Source of the DNA: an uncultured Gemmatimonadales bacterium
GTDB lineage: Bacteria > Gemmatimonadota > Gemmatimonadetes > Gemmatimonadales > GWC2-71-9
Reading direction: 5' to 3'
Assembly: GCA_963730185.1 (NCBI GenBank)
Contig: CAVSQW010000014.1
Span: forward strand, 261,674-325,673
Length of the DNA stretch: 64,000 nt
Part shown: in pieces, positions 40,825 to 50,825 of the stretch
How positions within the stretch are numbered: the stretch's first letter is position 1
Layout of the letters: each line of letters begins with the position of its first letter
The notes under the pieces: generated by a model
What the model saw: only the letters and a program-made list of their open reading frames with translations
What the model was told of the DNA's origin: nothing
Databases searched by the model: none
Program-made: the position numbers and the translations under genes

Positions 40825-43683
40825 TCAGCCTCGCGGATCGGGTTTGATCGTGAAAGCCTTGGTCTGGCTCTGCCCGCCGACCGTGAGCCGGGCGGTGTAG
40901 GCGCCTGGGGTCGGGCCTTCGTCGGGGCCCCGGAAGCGGCGCCTGCGGACCCAGGCCACGCGGTGCATCCCAGCCGACGTGGCGAACGGCTCGGCCGCCG
41001 GCCGCCAGAGTGGCGACGTGTTCGGGATTCCGCCTCGGCCGCCGCCGCCCCGCCCCTGCGGCGCTCTGTGGAGGGCGCCGAGCTGAAGGTCCGCACTACT
41101 TGCCGCTGGCGTCGAGGATCTCCAGCGTCACCGGTCCGCTGGCGTCGCCGGCCGAGGTAGTAGTCGATGGACGACCCCGTCGGGCGGGTTCGGCGTCTGG
41201 GGCTCGTCCTTCTGCAGCGGCGTGCCGTTGTCGCTGGCTGGTTGACGAGGACGCGTCCGCCGGCTTGAACAGGCACGCGTCGCCGCTGCGGCGCGACGAT
41301 CGTCGGCCTGACGGAGCGGCGCGATGTCGTCGATGACCCAGAAGCCGCGGCCATGCGTGCGCGACGATCAGATCGTCGGCGTAGATCTCGAAGTCCCGCA
41401 CCGAGGTGACCGGCAGGTTGAGCTGCAGCGACTGCCAGTGGTCGCCGTCGTCGAACGACACGAAGGCGCCGCGCTCCGTGCCGGCGAAGAGCAGGCCCTG
41501 CCGCTCCGGGTCTTCCTTGATCACGTGGACGTAGACCCCCGGCCGGGAGCCCCTCGGTGATCAGCTGCCAGGTCTTGCCCATGTCGCGCGTGCGGTAGAT
41601 GTAGGGCTCGAAGTCCTGCAGCTGGTGCCGGTCGACGCTGGCGTAGGCGGTGTTGAAGTCGAAGTGGGACGCCTCGATCATCGTCACCCGGCTCCACGAC
41701 GTCATCTCCGGCGGGGTCACGTCGTGCCAGGTCTTGCCGTCGTTGAGCGTGACGCTGGATCAGGCCGTCGTCGGTCCCGATCCAGAGCATCGGAACCAGC
41801 AGCGGCGAGGGCGCGACGGTATAGATCACCCCGCGCTTGCCGTTGCGGCCGGTGTCGGCCGCCGCCGCGGCGTCGAGGTCGGGCGGGAGCCGGGGTCCGG
41901 GCGCGTCAGATCGGGGCTGATCCGCGGTCCAGGTTCGGGCCGAGTCGGTACGACTTGAAGAGGATACTGGTTGGCGTAGTAGAGGGCGCGCGGATCGGCG
42001 CGCGACAGCACCAGCGGCTGGGTCCAGTCGGTCCGGGCCGGCTCACCGGGGCCCTCGGGCGCGGTGGTTCCCGGGATCGGGGATTGCGGTCCAGGTCGAA
42101 CCGGGCGCCGTGCCCGCCGTAGACGATGCCCGGGTGGAGCGGGTCGCCCGCGGTGTAGCCGCTCTCGCCGCCGGCGCCGATCGGCTCCCAGTCGCGCATG
42201 GAGATCTCGGCGAACTTGCCGCGGACGCGGACCGCCACGGCGCCGCTGTCCTGCTGCGCGCCGGTGACCCAGTACGGGAACCGGGGGTCCACCGAGAGGT
42301 GGTAGATCTGCGCGGTCGGCTGATTGAGCCAGGAGCTCCAGGTCACCTTCGCGTCGGGATCGTCGCTTGGCGTTCCGGGTGATGATGCAGCCCTGGTCGC
42401 TCGCCACGATCATCGTGTTGGTGTCGTCGGGGGAGATCCAGGCCTGGTGGTAGTCGTCGCCGCCGGGCGAGCCCCGAAGCGGGACCCAGCTGTGGCCGCC
42501 GTCCATCGAGCCGCGACACCGAGACGTTGGAGACGTAGACGATGTCGGCGTCCTTCGGGTCGACGACCACGTGCTCGAAGTACCAGCCCCGGCCCCACAG
42601 GGCCGGGATCGGACGGAGAGCCGCGTCCAGCTCGCCCCGCCGTCGTCGGAGCGGAAGAACCCGCCCTGCCCCGCGGCGTCGGTGCCGTACCGGCCGCCGG
42701 CACTCGACGTGTCGCTCCGGCGCGGAGGGACGGGGAGGCAGGTTGTCGATCAGCCGCATAGAGGCGGTTGGGATCGCTCGGGCAGACGGCGATCCCGCTC
42801 TTGCCGATCCCCTCGCCGGGAGGCCCCTGGTCAGCTCCTTCCAGGTGTCGCCACCGTCGGTGGACTTCCAGATGCCGCCGCCGGGCCCGTTGGTGGGCGC
42901 GTAGCACGAACCAGGGCGGCCGCCGGGTGTTCCAGAGCCCGGCGTAGACCACCTGGGGGTTGGTGGGGTCGATCACGACCTCGATCGCGCCGACGTTCTC
43001 GTCGCTGGTAGAGCACCTTCTTCCAGCTCCGGCCGCCGTCCGTGGAGCGGAAGATGCCGCGGTCCGGGTTCGGGCCGTAGAAGTTCCCGATCGCGGCGAC
43101 GAAGACCACGTTCGGGTTGGTCGGGTCGACGGCGATCTTGCCGATGTGCTGGGTGTCCTCGAGGCCGAGATGCGTCCAGGTCTTTCCGGCGTCGGTGGAT
43201 TTGTAGACGCCGTTGCCGTAGCCCGACGGAATCGCGCAGCGTGCGACTCGCCGCTTCCGACGTAGACCACGTCGGGCGCCGAGGGCGCCACGGCCAGCGC
43301 CCCGATCGAGGCCACCGGCTGGTCGTCGAAGACCGGCTCCCAGACGCGGCCCGCGTCGATCGTCTTCCAGACGCCCGCCGTTGACCGCGCCGAAGTAGAA
43401 CTCGTTGGGGCGGCCCGGGGACGCCTGACACGGCGTCGACCCGACCGCCGCGGAAGGGGCCGAGCATGCGCCAGCGGAGCCCGGAAAACAGCGACTCCGG
43501 CAGGGGGCCCGCCGGAGCCGGAAAGAGATCGTCGTGGGGGCCGGTCGGGCGCGGGGCGGGCCCGCCGTCGGGCAGCCAGCGCCGTTGCAGAGCGGGGGAC
43601 ACCAGCGGCAGGGCGAGCCCCAGCGCGGCCGCGCGGCTCAGGAAGCGGCGACGGGAGAACGCGGGATCCTCAGGTATGGTCAC
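40825..43683 (-). CDS. Tat-exported BNR/VPS10-like beta-propeller glycosyl hydrolase (many frameshifts)
   Basis: SRRRFL Tat motif; [13 protein letters not shown]; repeated S-x-DGG-x-W Asp boxes; GGDDYH; pieces distributed over frames. Confidence 0.8.
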
Positions 43684-43809
43684 GGATGACTCCGAGTTGG
43701 TCGAGGGAATGGCCAGCCGTTCTAAATGACGTCGGCCGGGCGGCGCTCGCAAGGGTCGGGTGCGGGGGCGGGCGCGAGGGGGTCGGCCTGCGCGGCGTCG
43801 AGCCGATCG

Positions 43810-44587
43810 CTAAGGTCCCCGTCGGGTCCAGATCACGAGAACGCCACAGCCCGACGACGCGCCGCCGTACTCGGGCGGCACCTCGACCGGCCGGCGATAG
43901 ACCTCGATCGCGAGGACGTCTGCTCGGGTCGACCGTGCCGTCGATGTCGTCGGTGGTGAGTCGGCCGTCGAGAAAGATCCGCGGCGCGGCGCACCCCGAC
44001 CGGATCGACATCATGCCCGTCAGGCGAACGGTCCGGCGTCCCATCGGCCCGGTCGGGGTCAGGGTGACACCCGGGATGTTCTCCAGCAGGTCGCCGATGG
44101 TGACCGCCGTCGTCGCCCGTTGCTCGATCTGATCAGGGTCGACGAAGTGCCCGAGCCCGCCCTTCTCCCGCTCGTAGAACCCGACCGACGACAGGTGCCG
44201 GTCCAGCCGGGCGGCCCGGGACTCGAGCTCGGGCAGCACGTAGGCCTCCGCCACGGTCGCGAAGGTGAGCGTGGTGTCACGCCGGCCGGAGAGGAACACC
44301 CGGGGAAAGACCTGGTAGCGATACCCAATCCGGGTCAGGGTGACGAGGTAGGTGCCCGGGTGCTTGATCCGCCCGCCCACCTGCCCGCGGTCGTCGGTCA
44401 GGCCGGCCATTCTGGCGCCGGTGCTATCGATCAGGGAGAAGAGCACGCCGTCGACGCCGATTCCGCTAGCCGAGTCGATCACGGTGGCATGAATCCGCTG
44501 GGCCCGGACCGCGGTGGGCCGAGCCAAGGTCGCCAGCAGGAGGGCGAGCGCGTGGGAGCAGAGTCTCCCGACCTGACCCGGAGACAT
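43810..44587 (-). CDS. Carboxypeptidase-regulatory-like + TonB plug domain protein (frameshift near 43925)
   Basis: Signal peptide; RIGY, GFYERE, DLLENIPGV, IFLDG; IEVYR...CGVLVIWT in another frame. Confidence 0.7.
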
Positions 44588-44596
44588 GTTACCAAC

Positions 44597-45244
44597 CTAT
44601 CGCCGGACGGGCCCCCTCAGCCACTGGCCCAGGCCGGCCAGGGTCGACGTCTCGGCCACCGGCGACGGAAAGCCCGGCGGCCGGGTCAGGCCGAGCCGGT
44701 TGTGCCAGAACGTCGCCAACCCGACGCCGGCGGCCCCCGGCAGGTCGAACGGCGAGCCGGCCACGAACGCGACCTCGCCCGCGGCCAGGCCCAGCTCGTG
44801 GAGCGCCAGCCGATAGGGCCGCGGATCGGGCTTGTAGGCGCCGGCCCGCTCGGCCGAGACCACGATCGCGGGCGCGACGGGAAGGCGGGCCGCCGCGCGG
44901 GCGGCGAGGGCGTCGGAGCAGTTCGTCACCACGCCGAACGGCACGGCCAGGCTGGCGAGCAGGGAACCCGCGTCAGGCCAGGGCTCGAGCGCGTCCCAGC
45001 CTTCGAGCAGCGCGTCGGGCGCGACGGGCGGGACGCTCGCCTCCATCGCGGCCTGACGGACGAGCGACGCGTATTCGCGGTACTTCCCCTGGCCGTACGT
45101 CAGGTCCAAGTACCGCTTTCGCCAGCGGAGACCAGCCGCAGGCCCGCCGGCCGCCCGGTTCCAGAGCGTCCAGGAGTCGAGCAGCGCGGTGAGCAGGTCG
45201 AACAGGACGCCGCGGTAGGGCAGCGACGGCGGGTCAGGAGCCAT
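44597..45244 (-). CDS. HAD-family hydrolase
   Basis: VLFDLLTALLD, GVVTN, AYKPDP, FVAGSPFD. Confidence 0.85.
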   Translation of the reverse strand: MAPDPPSLPYRGVLFDLLTALLDSWTLWNRAAGGPAAGLRWRKRYLDLTYGQGKYREYASLVRQAAMEASVPPVAPDALLEGWDALEPWPDAGSLLASLAVPFGVVTNCSDALAARAAARLPVAPAIVVSAERAGAYKPDPRPYRLALHELGLAAGEVAFVAGSPFDLPGAAGVGLATFWHNRLGLTRPPGFPSPVAETSTLAGLGQWLRGPVRR

Positions 45245-45355
45245 CGGCCGCGGCGTCCTCGCGGATTGTCCGTCCGATCGGCGGGCGAGTGATCGGCAGC
45301 GGGTCGGCGCGGAAGAGCTCGTTCGTGAGCAGGCCCGCCCCGACGAGTGCCGGTC

Positions 45356-46129
45356 TCACAGCACGTACCCCCCGTCGAACGGCAGCTCCACCCCCGTCAC
45401 GAACCCCGCCGCGTCCGACACCAGGAACGCCGCCGCCTCCGCCACATCCTCCGCCTCCGCGAACCGCCCACCCGGTCCGGCCAACGCGTCGAACGCCGCC
45501 TCCTCGGACCCGTGCTGCCGAACCAGGTCCTGGAAGAACGGCATCGAGCGCCACATCGCGGTCTTCACCCCGGCGGGGCTCAACACGTTGATCCGGATCC
45601 GCCAGCCCGCGTCGCGACACTCCTTGGCAGCCGTCTGGACCAGCATCCGGAGCGCGGCCTTGCTGGTCGAGTAGGCCGCCGCCCCGGCGGCCGGCCGGAT
45701 CCCCGAGGCCGAGCCGATCACCAGGATCGCGCCACCGCCCGACTGCATGGCGCGGATCCCGGAGCGGACCGCCAGGAAGGCACCGTCCAGGTTCACGGCC
45801 ATCACCCGGCGCCACTCGTCGAGCGTGGTCTCGTGGACCCGCTCGGCGGCCGAGATGCCGGCGCAGTGGGCCAGGATGTCGAGCCGCCCACCGACCGTCG
45901 TCAGCGCTCGGTCCCACTCCGCTTCTTGGCGAACGTCCAGCGCCAGCCCCTTCGCGGGAGGCTTGCCGCCGAGGCCGGCAGCCGTGGCGTCTGCGCCGGG
46001 CTGATCGAGATCGGCGCACCAGACGGTCGCGCCCCGCTCAGCAAGGGTTCGGGCCAGGGCGGCCCCGATTCCGGAGGCGGCGCCGGTGACCAGGGCGACC
46101 CGGCCGGAGAGGGAAGGCGGAGTGATCAT
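45356..46129 (-). CDS. SDR oxidoreductase
   Basis: TGAASGIG, YSTSK, DGGY. Confidence 0.92.
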   Translation of the reverse strand: MITPPSLSGRVALVTGAASGIGAALARTLAERGATVWCADLDQPGADATAAGLGGKPPAKGLALDVRQEAEWDRALTTVGGRLDILAHCAGISAAERVHETTLDEWRRVMAVNLDGAFLAVRSGIRAMQSGGGAILVIGSASGIRPAAGAAAYSTSKAALRMLVQTAAKECRDAGWRIRINVLSPAGVKTAMWRSMPFFQDLVRQHGSEEAAFDALAGPGGRFAEAEDVAEAAAFLVSDAAGFVTGVELPFDGGYVL

Positions 46130-46261
46130 CGGAGGCTTGGGTTCGAGTGCGTCGCGGCCGCCCGCGGCGACGGGGCCACGGGCGGGCACGCACAATGCCC
46201 CAAGGTGCGCCCGAGCGCCGCTCCGCGCCAGACGACGGAGCGGCGCTGGAGCAGCCGGCGG

Positions 46262-46609
46262 TCAGGCTCCCGCCGACTTGAAGACCTCGACCGAGAGCGT
46301 GAAGGTCCGCTCCTCCGCTGGCGCCAGGGCGCCCACCCCGACCACCTGCCGGGCGACTTCTTCGCCCCGGTCGTCCTTGATGGAGAGGAGTACCGAATAC
46401 TCCCAGGACTCGCCCACGGGCGGATGCCGGATGGTGCCCTCGACTCGGAGGGCGGAGAACCCGTCCGAGCCCGACTGTTCGGACTTGCCCGGCTCGAACC
46501 GGAGATGGTGCCGGCACGCCGGGCAGACGCTCGCGCTCTCGAGAATGGTCGCGCGGCAGTGGGGGCAGACCCGGGTGGTGCCGGCCGCCCCCTGGCGGGT
46601 GACGCTCAT
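46262..46609 (-). CDS. Zinc-ribbon hypothetical protein
   Basis: CPHC...CPAC; ATGA-coupled to bactofilin. Confidence 0.75.
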   Translation of the reverse strand: MSVTRQGAAGTTRVCPHCRATILESASVCPACRHHLRFEPGKSEQSGSDGFSALRVEGTIRHPPVGESWEYSVLLSIKDDRGEEVARQVVGVGALAPAEERTFTLSVEVFKSAGA

Positions 46610-47127
46610 GCCGCCGAGCTGGTCTCGACCTTGGCGGTCTTCTTGGCGGCCTTATCGTCCCAGCCGAACTCGACCTGACCCCGCATCCGCGATCCGGCGG
46701 CCACGGTCAGCGAGCCCGCCTTCAGGTCGCCGTTCAGGATCCCGGTCTCCAGGAGCTCGACCCGGGTGGCCCCGTCGATGTTCCCTTCGAGCTCGCCCCC
46801 GATCACCACGGTGTCGGCCCGGACCCCCCCGCTCACCTTGGCGCCCGCCTCGATGGTGAGATTACCCTGGACGTGGACGTCGCCCTTGAACCGGCCCGCG
46901 ATTCGCACGTGGCCCGAGCCCTCGATCTTGCCCTCGATGGTCAACTCGGCCGCGATCAACGACTCCTTCGGCTCGGCCCGATCGGTCGGCCGCCGAGGCA
47001 GGTCGTAGGCGCTCGACGAGAGCGGCGCCGGATCCTTCCGCGCCTCGGGCTCTTTGCGGGGCGCCGGCTCGGTGGCGACGGGGGCGGAATCCTTTTTGAC
47101 GGAGCTCTGCTCCTTCCAGATGGGCAT
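46606..47127 (-). CDS. Bactofilin (polymer-forming cytoskeletal protein)
   Basis: SLIAAELTIEGKIEGSGHVRIAGRFKGDV...VVIGGELEGNI...GDL. Confidence 0.92.
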   Translation of the reverse strand: MPIWKEQSSVKKDSAPVATEPAPRKEPEARKDPAPLSSSAYDLPRRPTDRAEPKESLIAAELTIEGKIEGSGHVRIAGRFKGDVHVQGNLTIEAGAKVSGGVRADTVVIGGELEGNIDGATRVELLETGILNGDLKAGSLTVAAGSRMRGQVEFGWDDKAAKKTAKVETSSAA

Positions 47128-47378
47128 AGCGACAACTCCCTGGCGTGGCTGGCGCGAACGCGCGGTGATCGAAAGGACAGCGAAACGTTTCCGAAGATAG
47201 CCCGCCGTCGTTAGGATGTCGCCGGTCCTGAAATCGCTCACCGCCTGGCCGGGATTCGGTCGCGGCCGGCCGAGCCTAACGCCGGGGCCGGATCGAGGGC
47301 CGAGGTGTGGACGGCTGGACGGGCCGGCCGACCGGGCGGGGCTGGTTCGATTCCGGCTGGTTGGCCCGGCCGCGAGCC

Positions 47379-47699
47379 CTACTTCCGGGTGAGCGTGCCG
47401 AGGGCCCCGGCGTCGAGGGTTCCGTTCTTGCCGATCTTGAGCACCAGATCGGCGGGCTCCGGGGTGGAGGCGTCGTCGAAGACGACGCTGTCGCCCTCCA
47501 CCTTGTAGGTCAGCTTGGCGCCCTCGAGCCCCTGGGCGCTCAGCACCTTGCCGCCCTTGAGCTCCATCGCGAACTCGCCCGACTGGGTGTTGTAGTACTT
47601 CCCGTCGATCCCGCCGGTCCCGCCGCACGCCACCACCAGGCCGAGCCCCGCGCACGCCGCCAGGCGCCGGACGGCGCCACGATCGATCCAGCTGGTCAT
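47379..47699 (-). CDS. Small lipoprotein
   Basis: SD GGAGG; lipobox VVAC; beta-rich body. Confidence 0.7.
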   Translation of the reverse strand: MTSWIDRGAVRRLAACAGLGLVVACGGTGGIDGKYYNTQSGEFAMELKGGKVLSAQGLEGAKLTYKVEGDSVVFDDASTPEPADLVLKIGKNGTLDAGALGTLTRK

Positions 47700-47727
47700 G
47701 ATGAGTCCCTCCAGGATGGTGGATGGA

Positions 47728-48063
47728 TCAGGCCCGGGGACCGGCGACGGGCGGACGGACCGACTCGGAGATCTCCCCGAGATACTCCACCCCCCGGAAC
47801 ACGACGATCAGGATCTCCATCATCACCCGGAAGTACATCGCCAGGAGGAGGGCGGCGAGCGCGCCCAGCGGGACCCCCACGATCAGGGCGCCGAGCTTGC
47901 CGAAGAACCCGCCGGCCATGCCCATCGCCGCGAACACCACGCCCAGACCGCAGAGGCCGCTCACCACCAACAGCAGGGCGTAGAGGAAGCGCTGGATCCT
48001 GGGCGTGATGAAGCTGGAGAACGACAGGTCGAACAGGGACGAGATCATGCCTCGCTCGGTCAT
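47728..48063 (-). CDS. DUF4282-family membrane protein
   Basis: SLFDLSFSSFITPRI...RVMMEILIVVFR. Confidence 0.85.
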   Translation of the reverse strand: MTERGMISSLFDLSFSSFITPRIQRFLYALLLVVSGLCGLGVVFAAMGMAGGFFGKLGALIVGVPLGALAALLLAMYFRVMMEILIVVFRGVEYLGEISESVRPPVAGPRA

Positions 48064-48122
48064 GGGACGCTCCTGGCAGGGGGAAAGCGGCCGATGCCGA
48101 TCCACACCGGCCGCACTCCGCT

Positions 48123-48857
48123 TTACGCAGGGCCGTCCGAAAAACCGTCAGCCGGTCTGGGGCGACCGACTCGCTTCTGGATTTGGTAGACGACTATCCC
48201 GGCCAGCCAGATCGGCCAGGTCAGCTGGAAGTCGAGCGTGATCGCGAACAGCACGGCGCCGAGGACGAACGCCCAGACGAACACCTCGGCGCCCAGCGCC
48301 TTCCGCCAGCGGGGATGGGCGCCCGACGCCGGAAGCCGGGGCGTCAGGGCGGGCAGGAGCCGAGGCACTCGGTCCCGGTACCGCCGAAAGGCGTCACCCT
48401 GCGAGGCCTCGAGCTCGGCTTCCTCCCGGCCGATCAGCCGGCGGAGGAAGATCACCAGGCCGACGACCATGAACGCCGCGCCGGTCGGACTGGCCATCGG
48501 GGCCATGCCCAGGGTCAGGAGCACCACCCCGAGGTAGAGCGGATTGCGAACGAATCGGAACGGGCCGTCGGCCACGACCCGATCGTGGCGGATGACGGCG
48601 TCGTGGACGATGTCGGGGTCGAGATACGCCGCCGCCCAGGTTCGGAGCAGGGCGGCCAGCACCACCAGCCCGGCCCCGCCGGCCATCACGAGTTGGAGTC
48701 GGTGGAGCCGGGTCAGGTCGCCGGCGCCGGGCCCCAGGGCGTGAACCAGGCGCCGGCCGAGGTTGGTGTGGTCGAGCCGGTAGAGCCCGAACCCGAGTCC
48801 GTAGATCGCTCCGATGATCCAGAAGCGATAGCGGAACTCGGGCTCGGTGGCGCGCAC
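48123..48857 (-). CDS. Isoprenylcysteine carboxyl methyltransferase (ICMT/PEMT-like) family
   Basis: GPFRFVRNPLYLG, REE, YRDRVPRLLP. Confidence 0.85.
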   Translation of the reverse strand: MRATEPEFRYRFWIIGAIYGLGFGLYRLDHTNLGRRLVHALGPGAGDLTRLHRLQLVMAGGAGLVVLAALLRTWAAAYLDPDIVHDAVIRHDRVVADGPFRFVRNPLYLGVVLLTLGMAPMASPTGAAFMVVGLVIFLRRLIGREEAELEASQGDAFRRYRDRVPRLLPALTPRLPASGAHPRWRKALGAEVFVWAFVLGAVLFAITLDFQLTWPIWLAGIVVYQIQKRVGRPRPADGFSDGPA

Positions 48858-48870
48858 GACGGGGCCGCGC

Positions 48871-50580
48871 CTACTGGACGCAGCGGCCGTGCGGGTCGGG
48901 CTTCGGGTGGTCCACCACCGGCCGATGATCCAGGTCGGCTACGTGGACCGCCAAGTCGGCGATGAAGTTGTCCACCCGGGCCATGTGAGCGTAGTCGATG
49001 TACTCCGGCTCGTCGGTCACCTGGTGGTAGTCCGAGTGGCCGCCGGTCGTGAAGAAGATGATCGGAATGCCGTAGCGGGCGTACGAGTAGTGGTCGCTCC
49101 GGCAGTAGATGTTCATCGGGTGGCCGTCGGCGTCCATCGAGTAGTCGAAGGTGAGATCGTGCTTGTCCTCCTGGTTCACCTTCTCGGCCAGGTCACCCAG
49201 CTCGGTCGACAGCCGCCGGGAGCCGACCAGCTGGACATAGTTCTTGCCGCCGTGAATCCGGGCGCCGTCTTTCGTCCGTCCCGTCTGGTCCCACGCGTCT
49301 CCCCGGCCCACCATGTCGATGTTGAGCTGAGCTACGATCGAGTCGAGGGGCACGGTGGGATGGTCGGTGAAATACTCCGAGCCCAGCAAGCCTTTCTCCT
49401 CGCCGACGTGCCAGACGAACAGGATCGACCGCTGGGGGTGCGGGTTCATCGCCATGATCTTCTGGGCGATCTCCAGCACGCTGACCGATCCCGATCCGTC
49501 GTCGTCGGCGCCGTTCGAGATCGAGTCGAGCCGCTGGGTGCCGGGATGGCCCTTCCGCCACTCGGCCAGCAGGGTGTTGATCTGGAGCTGCTGGTCCGGC
49601 GTGGCCTGCGCGCCTCGATCCTCGGCGCCGCCCGGACGGACGATGTGGTTGTAGATCCGGAGCGAGTCGTGGTCGACCGGACGGGTGTTGAAGCCGATGT
49701 GGTCGTTGTGCGCCCCGACGGCCACATACTCGTTCTTGAGCGCCGGGTCGCTGCCGGGGATGATGCCTACCACGTTCCGGGCCGGGAATTCGACCGGCGT
49801 GACGGTCATCTTGAGATCGAGCGCCACCGTCCTTCCGTCGGCCCCGGCCTTGAGCGCGTCGAGCGGCTCGGCAAAGAGCTTGGCCGCGCCCTCGGCGGTC
49901 ACGAAGAGCACCGGGCGACCGCTCGCCTGCTGGCGAAGGTCGGGTGAGTCGAGGAACTGCTGCGGCCGGCTCGCGAAGCCGATGATCTGCGGCGAGATGA
50001 CGATCGCGACGGCCTTGGCCGAAGGGAGCATCTCGCCGGCCGAGCGGAGGGCGCGAAACCCGGCGTCGCCCAGCTGGAAGACCACCAGCTTGCCCTTGGC
50101 CTGCTCGTCGGTGAGACTGCTGTCGCCGATCTCCCCGCCGTACACCGCCGTGATCCCGTCGAACGACGCCCCCTCGAGTCCCGTCGCGGCCCACTCGGTG
50201 CCGTAGGCCACGGGGCTGCCGTCGGCCGTGAGGGCCGAGGTGGAGTCGATGGTCCGCACCTTGAAGGGCAGGGTCTGGAAATAGGTGCCGTCGTCGCCGG
50301 CCGGGACCAGGCCGATCTTCGCGGCTTGATCGGCCAGATACGTCGTGCCCCGCACGTTGCCGGCCGTCCCCGCCTCCCGACCCTGCATCGAGTCGTCGGC
50401 GAAGATGTAGAGCCGGGTCATGAGGTCGGCGGGGGTGATCGCGGCCGTGGTGGGCTGAGCTTGGTGTTTGAGCGGCAAGTGGGCGTCGGGCTGTGGTACG
50501 ACCCCGGAGCTGGTCGCGGCCTGGGCCGCGAGCAGGGTGGGAATCGTGAGCGCCAACGCCGTGCCGAGGATCCGTTTCAT
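48871..50580 (-). CDS. M28-family peptidase, secreted
   Basis: GAHNDH, NGADDDGSG, GEEKGLLGS, NIDMVGR, RSDHY, DYH. Confidence 0.92.
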   Translation of the reverse strand: MKRILGTALALTIPTLLAAQAATSSGVVPQPDAHLPLKHQAQPTTAAITPADLMTRLYIFADDSMQGREAGTAGNVRGTTYLADQAAKIGLVPAGDDGTYFQTLPFKVRTIDSTSALTADGSPVAYGTEWAATGLEGASFDGITAVYGGEIGDSSLTDEQAKGKLVVFQLGDAGFRALRSAGEMLPSAKAVAIVISPQIIGFASRPQQFLDSPDLRQQASGRPVLFVTAEGAAKLFAEPLDALKAGADGRTVALDLKMTVTPVEFPARNVVGIIPGSDPALKNEYVAVGAHNDHIGFNTRPVDHDSLRIYNHIVRPGGAEDRGAQATPDQQLQINTLLAEWRKGHPGTQRLDSISNGADDDGSGSVSVLEIAQKIMAMNPHPQRSILFVWHVGEEKGLLGSEYFTDHPTVPLDSIVAQLNIDMVGRGDAWDQTGRTKDGARIHGGKNYVQLVGSRRLSTELGDLAEKVNQEDKHDLTFDYSMDADGHPMNIYCRSDHYSYARYGIPIIFFTTGGHSDYHQVTDEPEYIDYAHMARVDNFIADLAVHVADLDHRPVVDHPKPDPHGRCVQ

Positions 50581-50825
50581 CGAGACTGAACTCCCAAGTC
50601 GAGTGGTCTCCACCGGGCGCGGGCCACGGCGGAGCGCGTCAGGACCGCTCGAAGCCGATGCTCCGAACCCCGGAAAGGTAGCCCGGCCCCTCGGTCACCG
50701 CAGCGGCGCCGATCGGCCCGTGGGGCCGGTCGGCCCGTCCGGGCCAGCGGGCGGCGCCAGGCCGCCTATTATTCAGGACCGGGCCGCCCTGCTCCGGCTG
50801 GCCCACCACTGGACCGGAGTCCGTC

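Noticed and set aside
32869..43720. Shared word TCGAGG(G)AATGGCCAGC at about 32869 and 43702
   Set aside because: Only two copies, upstream of unrelated genes; cannot be distinguished from chance.
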